Shown piece by piece: positions 40,798-55,908 of a DNA stretch of 64,000 bases (position 1 is the stretch's first letter; every line of letters starts with the position of its first letter). The notes beneath the pieces are model-generated. The model was not told where the DNA came from. It worked only from the letters and a program-made list of their open reading frames with translations, and did no database searches. The DNA is from Haliotis cracherodii (taxonomy: Eukaryota), in contig NW_027266275.1 of NCBI RefSeq assembly GCF_022045235.1, positions 80,166,001 to 80,230,000 on the forward strand, read 5' to 3'. The translations under genes and the position numbers were made by a program.

Positions 40798-43529
40798 CGT
40801 TGACGTCTCCCATGAACACCAATGGACTATGTCATGAATTCTGATCGTAATCAGCTGCCAAACAACCAATCTGTGTCATGACACCTTGGCACGGCCAATT
40901 GTAACTGTGATATATAGATATACAATGGTGCTATTTTGTAGATACTGATTTGCTTCATGTAAAAGAAATGGATCGTTTGTAATAAATGTTACACTGTACC
41001 AAACTCTCTTTCTTGAATCATCGTAATATTATTTCTTTAGCGCTACACAGAACAATTTATATTCCAATATGACACATCCACCTGTCAGTCCAAGGAGGTT
41101 ACTCTTTTATAAACAATTAGAAAATACATACTCGTACAACTTTCGATTGCACTTCACCTTCCATCGGTCATACGTTACCAAGGATAGTTAGTTTGTGCTT
41201 GCATGTCACCTGAAATTACCTTTTCAATGCAATACATGGAATGCATACGAATTCTCTTATTGACACTTAAAATAGGTGTGATAAATAGGAAGAGCGCACT
41301 CCTCATTTTTATCATGAGAAAACACTCTTGAAGTGTATCATGATAACCTGATTAGCACAAGTAGTTGCATGCCTTTGACACAAAGGAGATTAACAAAGAG
41401 GCCACCAGTGAAAGTGACATGGCTGCAGCAAGCGAAATAAAAAACCTTAACGTATGTTGACAAGCATAAATTGATCTTCACACGCCATATCCTAACCATG
41501 TTTTTTATATGCGTCAACGAATGTGGTGTCAGCGACATTCGGCAGAATTAATCAACGATCAATCATTGTTGGCAGTAAAATTGTGAAGAGTGAAACCCTT
41601 TCTTTCCGGATGGTGCCATTCCTTGTAAAAAACGTCCGGAAAGACGAAATATATATGGATACGGCGAAAACTTTGTGTTTTCATATATACATTCCAAACA
41701 AGACTGCATTATTTAACTGGAGTGGCTACAAGTCATACAATGTTTTCGAAACCTCTGTAGCTGTCTTTTCCTTAATTACTTACCACCAATTGAAAGTGGA
41801 CTATGATTAAGGATTCCAAATCAAAGACAAAAGAATCTTATTCAGAATATTATGGTATGTTCAAGGAACCCTCTTTTTATTTCATTATAATATATATTTC
41901 GGCAATGATGGCAATGTTTATTTTTTAGTTTTAATCCATTTTTGAATTCCAATAACGCCAATAAGTAAGTAATAATTTGTAAAACATTCAGGGATGTACC
42001 AATTATTTATTTAACAAAGAAGTCAATAATGTCCTTTCAGTGTTAACAATTTCATGTTGTTTCAAGATCACAGGGCCACAGAGCAATGATAATAATAATA
42101 AGGCAGGAGACATGCTAACATACTGAGACTGAGTGTGTTGTCTGACATGGCGACGTCTACATCGACGTTGTTGCACCAAGGCATGGCGGGACACTGATAC
42201 ACACTTAGTTGAGGAGGATTAAAAATACTTGATCTTTATGATGTTTTGATGATAGATAATCTCTTATCACGACATGTGTCATTACATTCTTTATCCTCAT
42301 AAAACGGGAGAAAATGTTGCTGTGTTGATCACTTTGGTTTCTTAACAATCTTGGTGAACTTAACTACTTGAAATGCATCCTTCAATTCCTCTTATGAATA
42401 GCTTTGGTGAGGAACTAACACATACAGTGTATTACAGAAGGTAGCAACATGTAAACAGAGAGATAGCAATAATGGAACATTGTAGTTCAGAAATATGAAA
42501 CTAATATCTTATATTTGGGTACTTTCTATATGCTTAACTTGATTGTTACATACTATGCGAATATGTGCACCCAATAACAGCAGTGCAATGAAACCTTGCA
42601 ATCAGCATTTAAGAATCGCTTTGATGAATATTCACTGAGGCGTGTAATCGTTCACTCTAAAAGCTGACGAGGTGTTTTCTTAAAGGAAACTAGGAACTAG
42701 CTGAGATTAACGGGATGAGTGTGATCCGGGAGACAGGATCAGACAGTGATTGTTCGACAGTCAGATGAGACAGGGAGACGGGCTTGTTACTGTGGAGGAG
42801 CATGATAGCCGCTGTCTGGGAACTGAATAGTGAAAAGAGTATGTACCTGTAAAGATGAAGGCCATCTTACACTGACGAATTGTGAATATGCATACGCCGT
42901 GATTTAAAGAAGCATATACAGTTTCTGGGACTTGGCACCAATATATAAATATACCGAATATACATGTAAGATCAGAATTAGTTGTGCAATTTCATTGAAT
43001 CAAGAAAGCGTAATTCAATCTGACAACATCGGATTCCTGTATATAGCTTATGCGTATATTAAAATAACAATGTTTAATGTCAGAGAATCTATATTTCATG
43101 CCTTAAGAAGATAACTTCCACATGTACAGTAGTATATTACAGAATATTTTCATAAACACCTTGCTTGAAACATATGGTAATAAGATCTATGTAATTATTT
43201 TTTTCAAATTATTCGTTTGCAAAATATATTATCTGTCAAATCACAGCAACGCTTAAAATTATATCAATGTAGCAGATACGTGTTTATTTTACATACGATG
43301 CGTACAATTACACATAATACACGCGACTACCATTTCTCTAAAGCAGATTATAAGCATTGCCTGAAGGAATATGAACACCTCGCCAACACCCGGCCATTGA
43401 ATGACCACTCGTCTTGTATACACAAGTAGTTGGGTCTGGTATATAACGCTACACGGGAGCTATCACATGATCACTTGCATTGCCACATCCTACACTTGCA
43501 CACCAAAATATCTATCCAACTGTCTGAAA

Positions 43530-44963
43530 ATGTCGCAGTTTAAAATGGCAATTTTCTTTCTGATATGTGTCGGAAATGTTGGAGGACGAGGTATTGCTTT
43601 TCCCAAACAATTGCTAACCCAAGATGTTCGAGTCCTAACTGATACTTATGGGAATGGTGCACGACCTCTTGCAGATCTGTCCCCTATTGTTGGAAGGTTG
43701 AGTCATCCAGTTGATTATCAAAAGCCTTCAACACAATTCATGGTACAATTGTTTAACATTCTTCAAAAAGGGGCACCACTTGCAAGAGCGGCAGGCAGAA
43801 AGCTGAACACAGCTGATTTCAAGAAAGCAGACACCATCAGGAGCTTCACGGCTAAAGGTAATCTTTAACCTGGAGTCAGATCACATACGATTTTAATCAT
43901 TAACAAACAAATATGAAAAAAGTAAGAAATTCAATATATCAAGGCCAGGGAATAAGCAGTCTCGATTGTCTGCCGAAACAATTGCAATGCGCATAAAATG
44001 CCAAATAGTGATGGAAATTAGATGAATGGCTCGCAGACGTTAAGCATTCACTGCAAGAATATTCTTGATGTAAATGTTTTATTTGTACAACTTTGGTTTT
44101 CATGCAATGTATGTTTAATTCCAGACATGACACAAAAGAATGTAAGAAAGAGAGTTGAGCTATCGTTCAAGATTCCTAGTCTACCTGAAAACGAACGTCT
44201 CCGATTAGCTGAGTTCCGGTGCAGACGCTCTGTATCTCCTTTAAAGAAGTACAGGGTCAAGGTCATCATTCTCAAGGGAGAGAATATCGCACGAAAAGCT
44301 AACATCAGGGTCAAACCTATTACACAGGGTGAATATTATGTATTTGACATCAGTCGAGCCATCAAAGCCTTCATCAACGGTTACCACGGTGACGCCACCA
44401 TTCATGTGGAAATACCACGGACATTCTCCAGAATTCTTTTGAAAACAGCATCCGAAACTTATGGATACTTACTTGTATTTTATTTGGAAAATCGCCACTT
44501 TCTTCAAAACGTTTTGGAAACCTACAAAGTGGAAGAGCATTCCACTTTTGATGGATTAGGTAATATAGCATCACGCGCTAAAAGATCGGCACACGCCACA
44601 AGCAGACGTCGAGAACGCAAGAACAGACGATGGAAGAAGTCCGGGAAGAAACAAGGCTGTCGTCTGTACGACTTTAACGTGGACTTCAAGACGATCGGCT
44701 GGGGACAGTGGATCATCCACCCTACACGCTTCAACTCCAAATTCTGCCACGGAAACTGTCCCTCCCCCATCGACATCCGATTCAAACCCACCAATCACGC
44801 CATGTTGCAGTCACTCATGAGAAGCAAGCGCTCCAACGCTGCTCCCGACCTTTGTTGTGTCCCAACCAAACTGGAACCTCTCAGCATGATGTACGTGGAG
44901 GATGGCGAAGTTGTTGTACGTCATCACGAGGACATGATCGCCTCTGAATGTGGATGTCGATGA
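43530..44963 (+). CDS. nodal: Nodal-like precursor, array copy 11; join(43530..43857,44125..44963)
   Basis: Intact; protein identical to copy 1. Confidence 0.88.
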
Positions 44964-47695
44964 CGTTGACGTCTCCCATGAACACCAATGGACTATGTCA
45001 TGAATTCTGATCGTAATCAGCTGCCAAACAACCAATCTGTGTCATGACACCTTGGCACGGCCAATTGTAACTGTGATATATAGATATACAATGGTGCTAT
45101 TTTGTAGATACTGATTTGCTTCATGTAAAAGAAATGGATCGTTTGTAATAAATGTTACACTGTACCAAACTCTCTTTCTTGAATCATCGTAATATTATTT
45201 CTTTAGCGCTACACAGAACAATTTATATTCCAATATGACACATCCACTTGTCAGTCCAAGGAGGTTACTCTTTTATAAACAATTAGAAAATACATACTCG
45301 TACAACTTTCGATTGCACTTCACCTTCCATCGGTCATACGTTACCAAGGATAGTTAGTTTGTGCTTGCATGTCACCTGAAATTACCTTTTCAATGCAATA
45401 CATGGAATGCATACGAATTCTCTTATTGACACTTAAAATAGGTGTGATAAATAGGAAGAGCGCACTCCTCATTTTTATCATGAGAAAACACTCTTGAAGT
45501 GTATCATGATAACCTGATTAGCACAAGTAGTTGCATGCCTTTGACACAAAGGAGATTAACAAAGAGGCCACCAGTGAAAGTGACATGGCTGCAGCAAGCG
45601 AAATAAAAAACCTTAACGTATGTTGACAAGCATAAATTGATCTTCACACGCCATATCCTAACCATGTTTTTTATATGCGTCAACGAATGTGGTGTCAGCG
45701 ACATTCGGCAGAATTAATCAACGATCAATCATTGTTGGCAGTAAAATTGTGAAGAGTGAAACCCTTTCTTTCCGGATGGTGCCATTCCTTGTAAAAAACG
45801 TCCGGAAAGACGAAATATATATGGATACGGCGAAAACTTTGTGTTTTCATATATACATTCCAAACAAGACTGCATTATTTAACTGGAGTGGCTACAAGTC
45901 ATACAATGTTTTCGAAACCTCTGTAGCTGTCTTTTCCTTAATTACTTACCACCAATTGAAAGTGGACTATGATTAAGGATTCCAAATCAAAGACAAAAGA
46001 ATCTTATTCAGAATATTATGGTATGTTCAAGGAACCCTCTTTTTATTTCATTATAATATATATTTCGGCAATGATGGCAATGTTTATTTTTTAGTTTTAA
46101 TCCATTTTTGAATTCCAATAACGCCAATAAGTAAGTAATAATTTGTAAAACATTCAGGGATGTGCCAATTATTTATTTAACAAAGAAGTCAATAATGTCC
46201 TTTCAGTGTTAACAATTTCATGTTGTTTCAAGATCACAGGGCCACAGAGCAATGATAATAATAATAAGGCAGGAGACATGCTAACATACTGAGACTGAGT
46301 GTGTTGTCTGACATGGCGACGTCTACATCGACGTTGTTGCACCAAGGCATGGCGGGACACTGATACACACTTAGTTGAGGAGGATTAAAAATACTTGATC
46401 TTTATGATGTTTTGATGATAGATAATCTCTTATCACGACATGTGTCATTACATTCTTTATCCTCATAAAACGGGAGAAAATGTTGCTGTGTTGATCACTT
46501 TGGTTTCTTAACAATCTTGGTGAACTTAACTACTTGAAATGCATCCTTCAATTCCTCTTATGAATAGCTTTGGTGAGGAACTAACACATACAGTGTATTA
46601 CAGAAGGTAGCAACATGTAAACAGAGAGATAGCAATAATGGAACATTGTAGTTCAGAAATATGAAACTAATATCTTATATTTGGGTACTTTCTATATGCT
46701 TAACTTGATTGTTACATACTATGCGAATATGTGCACCCAATAACAGCAGTGCAATGAAACCTTGCAATCAGCATTTAAGAATCGCTTTGATGAATATTCA
46801 CTGAGGCGTGTAATCGTTCACTCTAAAAGCTGACGAGGTGTTTTCTTAAAGGAAACTAGGAACTAGCTGAGATTAACGGGATGAGTGTGATCCGGGAGAC
46901 AGGATCAGACAGTGATTGTTCGACAGTCAGATGAGACAGGGAGACGGGCTTGTTACTGTGGAGGAGCATGATAGCCGCTGTCTGGGAACTGAATAGTGAA
47001 AAGAGTATGTACCTGTAAAGATGAAGGCCATCTTACACTGACGAATTGTGAATATGCATACGCCGTGATTTAAAGAAGCATATACAGTTTCTGGGACTTG
47101 GCACCAATATATAAATATACCGAATATACATGTAAGATCAGAATTAGTTGTGCAATTTCATTGAATCAAGAAAGCGTAATTCAATCTGACAACATCGGAT
47201 TCCTGTATATAGCTTATGCGTATATTAAAATAACAATGTTTAATGTCAGAGAATCTATATTTCATGCCTTAAGAAGATAACTTCCACATGTACAGTAGTA
47301 TATTACAGAATATTTTCATAAACACCTTGCTTGAAACATATGGTAATAAGATCTATGTAATTATTTTTTTCAAATTATTCGTTTGCAAAATATATTATCT
47401 GTCAAATCACAGCAACGCTTAAAATTATATCAATGTAGCAGATACGTGTTTATTTTACATACGATGCGTACAATTACACATAATACACGCGACTACCATT
47501 TCTCTAAAGCAGATTATAAGCATTGCCTGAAGGAATATGAACACCTCGCCAACACCCGGCCATTGAATGACCACTCGTCTTGTATACACAAGTAGTTGGG
47601 TCTGGTATATAACGCTACACGGGAGCTATCACATGATCACTTGCATTGCCACATCCTACACTTGCACACCAAAATATCTATCCAACTGTCTGAAA

Positions 47696-49129
47696 ATGTC
47701 GCAGTTTAAAATGGCAATTTTCTTTCTGATATGTGTCGGAAATGTTGGAGGACGAGGTATTGCTTTTCCCAAACAATTGCTAACCCAAGATGTTCGAGTC
47801 CTAACTGATACTTATGGGAATGGTGCACGACCTCTTGCAGATCTGTCCCCTATTGTTGGAAGGTTGAGTCATCCAGTTGATTATCAAAAGCCTTCAACAC
47901 AATTCATGGTACAATTGTTTAACATTCTTCAAAAAGGGGCACCACTTGCAAGAGCGGCAGGCAGAAAGCTGAACACAGCTGATTTCAAGAAAGCAGACAC
48001 CATCAGGAGCTTCACGGCTAAAGGTAATCTTTAACCTGGAGTCAGATCACATACGATTTTAATCATTAACAAACAAATATGAAAAAAGTAAGAAATTCAA
48101 TATATCAAGGCCAGGGAATAAGCAGTCTCGATTGTCTGCCGAAACAATTGCAATGCGCATAAAATGCCAAATAGTGATGGAAATTAGATGAATGGCTCGC
48201 AGACGTTAAGCATTCACTGCAAGAATATTCTTGATGTAAATGTTTTATTTGTACAACTTTGGTTTTCATGCAATGTATGTTTAATTCCAGACATGACACA
48301 AAAGAATGTAAGAAAGAGAGTTGAGCTATCGTTCAAGATTCCTAGTCTACCTGAGAACGAACGTCTCCGATTAGCTGAGTTCCGGTGCAGACGCTCTGTA
48401 TCTCCTTTAAAGAAGTACAGGGTCAAGGTCATCATTCTCAAGGGAGAGAATATCGCACGAAAAGCTAACATCAGGGTCAAACCTATTACACAGGGTGAAT
48501 ATTATGTATTTGACATCAGTCGAGCCATCAAAGCCTTCATCAACGGTTACCACGGTGACGCCACCATTCATGTGGAAATACCACGGACATTCTCCAGAAT
48601 TCTTTTGAAAACAGCATCCGAAACTTATGGATACTTACTTGTATTTTATTTGGAAAATCGCCACTTTCTTCAAAACGTTTTGGAAACCTACAAAGTGGAA
48701 GAGCATTCCACTTTTGATGGATTAGGTAATATAGCATCACGCGCTAAAAGATCGGCACACGCCACAAGCAGACGTCGAGAACGCAAGAACAGACGATGGA
48801 AGAAGTCCGGGAAGAAACAAGGCTGTCGTCTGTACGACTTTAACGTGGACTTCAAGACGATCGGCTGGGGACAGTGGATCATCCACCCTACACGCTTCAA
48901 CTCCAAATTCTGCCACGGAAACTGTCCCTCCCCCATCGACATCCGATTCAAACCCACCAATCACGCCATGTTGCAGTCACTCATGAGAAGCAAGCGCTCC
49001 AACGCTGCTCCCGACCTTTGTTGTGTCCCAACCAAACTGGAACCTCTCAGCATGATGTACGTGGAGGATGGCGAAGTTGTTGTACGTCATCACGAGGACA
49101 TGATCGCCTCTGAATGTGGATGTCGATGA
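47696..49129 (+). CDS. nodal: Nodal-like precursor, array copy 12; join(47696..48023,48291..49129)
   Basis: Intact; protein identical to copy 1. Confidence 0.88.
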
Positions 49130-51861
49130 CGTTGACGTCTCCCATGAACACCAATGGACTATGTCATGAATTCTGATCGTAATCAGCTGCCAAACAACCA
49201 ATCTGTGTCATGACACCTTGGCACGGCCAATTGTAACTGTGATATATAGATATACAATGGTGCTATTTTGTAGATACTGATTTGCTTCATGTAAAAGAAA
49301 TGGATCGTTTGTAATAAATGTTACACTGTACCAAACTCTCTTTCTTGAATCATCGTAATATTATTTCTTTAGCGCTACACAGAACAATTTATATTCCAAT
49401 ATGACACATCCACCTGTCAGTCCAAGGAGGTTACTCTTTTATAAACAATTAGAAAATACATACTCGTACAACTTTCGATTGCACTTCACCTTCCATCGGT
49501 CATACGTTACCAAGGATAGTTAGTTTGTGCTTGCATGTCACCTGAAATTACCTTTTCAATGCAATACATGGAATGCATACGAATTCTCTTATTGACACTT
49601 AAAATAGGTGTGATAAATAGGAAGAGCGCACTCCTCATTTTTATCATGAGAAAACACTCTTGAAGTGTATCATGATAACCTGATTAGCACAAGTAGTTGC
49701 ATGCCTTTGACACAAAGGAGATTAACAAAGAGGCCACCAGTGAAAGTGACATGGCTGCAGCAAGCGAAATAAAAAACCTTAACGTATGTTGACAAGCATA
49801 AATTGATCTTCACACGCCATATCCTAACCATGTTTTTTATATGCGTCAACGAATGTGGTGTCAGCGACATTCGGCAGAATTAATCAACGATCAATCATTG
49901 TTGGCAGTAAAATTGTGAAGAGTGAAACCCTTTCTTTCCGGATGGTGCCATTCCTTGTAAAAAACGTCCGGAAAGACGAAATATATATGGATACGGCGAA
50001 AACTTTGTGTTTTCATATATACATTCCAAACAAGACTGCATTATTTAACTGGAGTGGCTACAAGTCATACAATGTTTTCGAAACCTCTGTAGCTGTCTTT
50101 TCCTTAATTACTTACCACCAATTGAAAGTGGACTATGATTAAGGATTCCAAATCAAAGACAAAAGAATCTTATTCAGAATATTATGGTATGTTCAAGGAA
50201 CCCTCTTTTTATTTCATTATAATATATATTTCGGCAATGATGGCAATGTTTATTTTTTAGTTTTAATCCATTTTTGAATTCCAATAACGCCAATAAGTAA
50301 GTAATAATTTGTAAAACATTCAGGGATGTACCAATTATTTATTTAACAAAGAAGTCAATAATGTCCTTTCAGTGTTAACAATTTCATGTTGTTTCAAGAT
50401 CACAGGGCCACAGAGCAATGATAATAATAATAAGGCAGGAGACATGCTAACATACTGAGACTGAGTGTGTTGTCTGACATGGCGACGTCTACATCGACGT
50501 TGTTGCACCAAGGCATGGCGGGACACTGATACACACTTAGTTGAGGAGGATTAAAAATACTTGATCTTTATGATGTTTTGATGATAGATAATCTCTTATC
50601 ACGACATGTGTCATTACATTCTTTATCCTCATAAAACGGGAGAAAATGTTGCTGTGTTGATCACTTTGGTTTCTTAACAATCTTGGTGAACTTAACTACT
50701 TGAAATGCATCCTTCAATTCCTCTTATGAATAGCTTTGGTGAGGAACTAACACATACAGTGTATTACAGAAGGTAGCAACATGTAAACAGAGAGATAGCA
50801 ATAATGGAACATTGTAGTTCAGAAATATGAAACTAATATCTTATATTTGGGTACTTTCTATATGCTTAACTTGATTGTTACATACTATGCGAATATGTGC
50901 ACCCAATAACAGCAGTGCAATGAAACCTTGCAATCAGCATTTAAGAATCGCTTTGATGAATATTCACTGAGGCGTGTAATCGTTCACTCTAAAAGCTGAC
51001 GAGGTGTTTTCTTAAAGGAAACTAGGAACTAGCTGAGATTAACGGGATGAGTGTGATCCGGGAGACAGGATCAGACAGTGATTGTTCGACAGTCAGATGA
51101 GACAGGGAGACGGGCTTGTTACTGTGGAGGAGCATGATAGCCGCTGTCTGGGAACTGAATAGTGAAAAGAGTATGTACCTGTAAAGATGAAGGCCATCTT
51201 ACACTGACGAATTGTGAATATGCATACGCCGTGATTTAAAGAAGCATATACAGTTTCTGGGACTTGGCACCAATATATAAATATACCGAATATACATGTA
51301 AGATCAGAATTAGTTGTGCAATTTCATTGAATCAAGAAAGCGTAATTCAATCTGACAACATCGGATTCCTGTATATAGCTTATGCGTATATTAAAATAAC
51401 AATGTTTAATGTCAGAGAATCTATATTTCATGCCTTAAGAAGATAACTTCCACATGTACAGTAGTATATTACAGAATATTTTCATAAACACCTTGCTTGA
51501 AACATATGGTAATAAGATCTATGTAATTATTTTTTTCAAATTATTCGTTTGCAAAATATATTATCTGTCAAATCACAGCAACGCTTAAAATTATATCAAT
51601 GTAGCAGATACGTGTTTATTTTACATACGATGCGTACAATTACACATAATACACGCGACTACCATTTCTCTAAAGCAGATTATAAGCATTGCCTGAAGGA
51701 ATATGAACACCTCGCCAACACCCGGCCATTGAATGACCACTCGTCTTGTATACACAAGTAGTTGGGTCTGGTATATAACGCTACACGGGAGCTATCACAT
51801 GATCACTTGCATTGCCACATCCTACACTTGCACACCAAAATATCTATCCAACTGTCTGAAA

Positions 51862-53295
51862 ATGTCGCAGTTTAAAATGGCAATTTTCTTTCTGATATGT
51901 GTCGGAAATGTTGGAGGACGAGGTATTGCTTTTCCCAAACAATTGCTAACCCAAGATGTTCGAGTCCTAACTGATACTTATGGGAATGGTGCACGACCTC
52001 TTGCAGATCTGTCCCCTATTGTTGGAAGGTTGAGTCATCCAGTTGATTATCAAAAGCCTTCAACACAATTCATGGTACAATTGTTTAACATTCTTCAAAA
52101 AGGGGCACCACTTGCAAGAGCGGCAGGCAGAAAGCTGAACACAGCTGATTTCAAGAAAGCAGACACCATCAGGAGCTTCACGGCTAAAGGTAATCTTTAA
52201 CCTGGAGTCAGATCACATACGATTTTAATCATTAACAAACAAATATGAAAAAAGTAAGAAATTCAATATATCAAGGCCAGGGAATAAGCAGTCTCGATTG
52301 TCTGCCGAAACAATTGCAATGCGCATAAAATGCCAAATAGTGATGGAAATTAGATGAATGGCTCGCAGACGTTAAGCATTCACTGCAAGAATATTCTTGA
52401 TGTAAATGTTTTATTTGTACAACTTTGGTTTTCATGCAATGTATGTTTAATTCCAGACATGACACAAAAGAATGTAAGAAAGAGAGTTGAGCTATCGTTC
52501 AAGATTCCTAGTCTACCTGAGAACGAACGTCTCCGATTAGCTGAGTTCCGGTGCAGACGCTCTGTATCTCCTTTAAAGAAGTACAGGGTCAAGGTCATCA
52601 TTCTCAAGGGAGAGAATATCGCACGAAAAGCTAACATCAGGGTCAAACCTATTACACAGGGTGAATATTATGTATTTGACATCAGTCGAGCCATCAAAGC
52701 CTTCATCAACGGTTACCACGGTGACGCCACCATTCATGTGGAAATACCACGGACATTCTCCAGAATTCTTTTGAAAACAGCATCCGAAACTTATGGATAC
52801 TTACTTGTATTTTATTTGGAAAATCGCCACTTTCTTCAAAACGTTTTGGAAACCTACAAAGTGGAAGAGCATTCCACTTTTGATGGATTAGGTAATATAG
52901 CATCACGCGCTAAAAGATCGGCACATGCCACAAGCAGACGTCGAGAACGCAAGAACAGACGATGGAAGAAGTCAGGGAAGAAACAAGGCTGTCGTCTGTA
53001 CGACTTTAACGTGGACTTCAAGACGATCGGCTGGGGACAGTGGATCATCCACCCTACACGCTTCAACTCCAAATTCTGCCACGGAAACTGTCCCTCCCCC
53101 ATCGACATCCGATTCAAACCCACCAATCACGCCATGTTGCAGTCACTCATGAGAAGCAAGCGCTCCAACGCTGCTCCCGACCTTTGTTGTGTCCCAACCA
53201 AACTGGAACCTCTCAGCATGATGTACGTGGAGGATGGCGAAGTTGTTGTACGTCATCACGAGGACATGATCGCCTCTGAATGTGGATGTCGATGA
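51862..53295 (+). CDS. nodal: Nodal-like precursor, array copy 13; join(51862..52189,52457..53295)
   Basis: Intact; protein identical to copy 1. Confidence 0.88.
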
Positions 53296-55908
53296 CGTTG
53301 ACGTCTCCCATGAACACCAATGGACTATGTCATGAATTCTGATCGTAATCAGCTGCCAAACAACCAATCTGTGTCATGACACCTTGGCACGGCCAATTGT
53401 AACTGTGATATATAGATATACAATGGTGCTATTTTGTAGATACTGATTTGCTTCATGTAAAAGAAATGGATCGTTTGTAATAAATGTTACACTGTACCAA
53501 ACTCTCTTTCTTGAATCATCGTAATATTATTTCTTTAGCGCTACACAGAACAATTTATATTCCAATATGACACATCCACCTGTCAGTCCAAGGAGGTTAC
53601 TCTTTTATAAACAATTAGAAAATACATACTCGTACAACTTTCGATTGCACTTCACCTTCCATCGGTCATACGTTACCAAGGATAGTTAGTTTGTGCTTGC
53701 ATGTCACCTGAAATTACCTTTTCAATGCAATACATGGAATGCATACGAATTCTCTTATTGACACTTAAAATAGGTGTGATAAATAGGAAGAGCGCACTCC
53801 TCATTTTTATCATGAGAAAACACTCTTGAAGTGTATCATGATAACCTGATTAGCACAAATAGTTGCATGCCTTTGACACAAAGGAGATTAACAAAGAGGC
53901 CACCAGTGAAAGTGACATGGCTGCAGCAAGCGAAATAAAAAACCTTAACGTATGTTGACAAGCATAAATTAAAACCCTTTCTTTCCGGATGGTGCCATTC
54001 CTTGTAAAAAACGTCCGGAAAGACGAAATATATATGGATACGGCGAAAACTTTGTGTTTTCATATATACATTCCAAACAAGACTGCATTATTTAACTGGA
54101 GTGGCTACAAGTCATACAATGTTTTCGAAACCTCTGTAGCTGTCTTTTCCTTAATTACTTACCACCAATTGAAAGTGGACTATGATTAAGGATTCCAAAT
54201 CAAAGACAAAAGAATCTTATTCAGAATATTATGGTATGTTCAAGGAACCCTCTTTTTATTTCATTATAATATATATTTCGGCAATGATGGCAATGTTTAT
54301 TTTTTAGTTTTAATCCATTTTTGAATTCCAATAACGCCAATAAGTAAGTAATAATTTGTAAAACATTCAGGGATGTACCAATTATTTATTTAACAAAGAA
54401 GTCAATAATGTCCTTTCAGTGTTAACAATTTCATGTTGTTTCAAGATCACAGGGCCACAGAGCAATGATAATAATAATAAGGCAGGAGACATGCTAACAT
54501 ACTGAGACTGAGTGTGTTGTCTGACATGGCGACGTCTACATCGACGTTGTTGCACCAAGGCATGGCGGGACACTGATACACACTTAGTTGAGGAGGATTA
54601 AAAATACTTGATCTTTATGATGTTTTGATGATAGATAATCTCTTATCACGACATGTGTCATTACATTCTTTATCCTCATAAAACGGGAGAAAATGTTGCT
54701 GTGTTGATCACTTTGGTTTCTTAACAATCTTGGTGAACTTAACTACTTGAAATGCATCCTTCAATTCCTCTTATGAATAGCTTTGGTGAGGAACTAACAC
54801 ATACAGTGTATTACAGAAGGTAGCAACATGTAAACAGAGAGATAGCAATAATGGAACATTGTAGTTCAGAAATATGAAACTAATATCTTATATTTGGGTA
54901 CTTTCTATATGCTTAACTTGATTGTTACATACTATGCGAATATGTGCACCCAATAACAGCAGTGCAATGAAACCTTGCAATCAGCATTTAAGAATCGCTT
55001 TGATGAATATTCACTGAGGCGTGTAATCGTTCACTCTAAAAGCTGACGAGGTGTTTTCTTAAAGGAAACTAGGAACTAGCTGAGATTAACGGGATGAGTG
55101 TGATCCGGGAGACAGGATCAGACAGTGATTGTTCGACAGTCAGATGAGACAGGGAGACGGGCTTGTTACTGTGGAGGAGCATGATAGCCGCTGTCTGGGA
55201 ACTGAATAGTGAAAAGAGTATGTACCTGTAAAGATGAAGGCCATCTTACACTGACGAATTGTGAATATGCATACGCCGTGATTTAAAGAAGCATATACAG
55301 TTTCTGGGACTTGGCACCAATATATAAATATACCGAATATACATGTAAGATCAGAATTAGTTGTGCAATTTCATTGAATCAAGAAAGCGTAATTCAATCT
55401 GACAACATCGGATTCCTGTATATAGCTTATGCGTATATTAAAATAACAATGTTTAATGTCAGAGAATCTATATTTCATGCCTTAAGAAGATAACTTCCAC
55501 ATGTACAGTAGTATATTACAGAATATTTTCATAAACACCTTGCTTGAAACATATGGTAATAAGATCTATGTAATTATTTTTTTCAAATTATTCGTTTGCA
55601 AAATATATTATCTGTCAAATCACAGCAAGGCTTAAAATTATATCAATGTAGCAGATACGTGTTTATTTTACATACGATGCGTACAATTACACATAATACA
55701 CGCGACTACCATTTCTCTAAAGCAGATTATAAGCATTGCCTGAAGGAATATGAACACCTCGCCAACACCCGGCCATTGAATGACCACTCGTCTTGTATAC
55801 ACAAGTAGTTGGGTCTGGTATATAACGCTACACGGGAGCTATCACATGATCACTTGCATTGCTACATCCTACGCTTGCACACCAAAATATTTATCCAACT
55901 GTCTGAAA

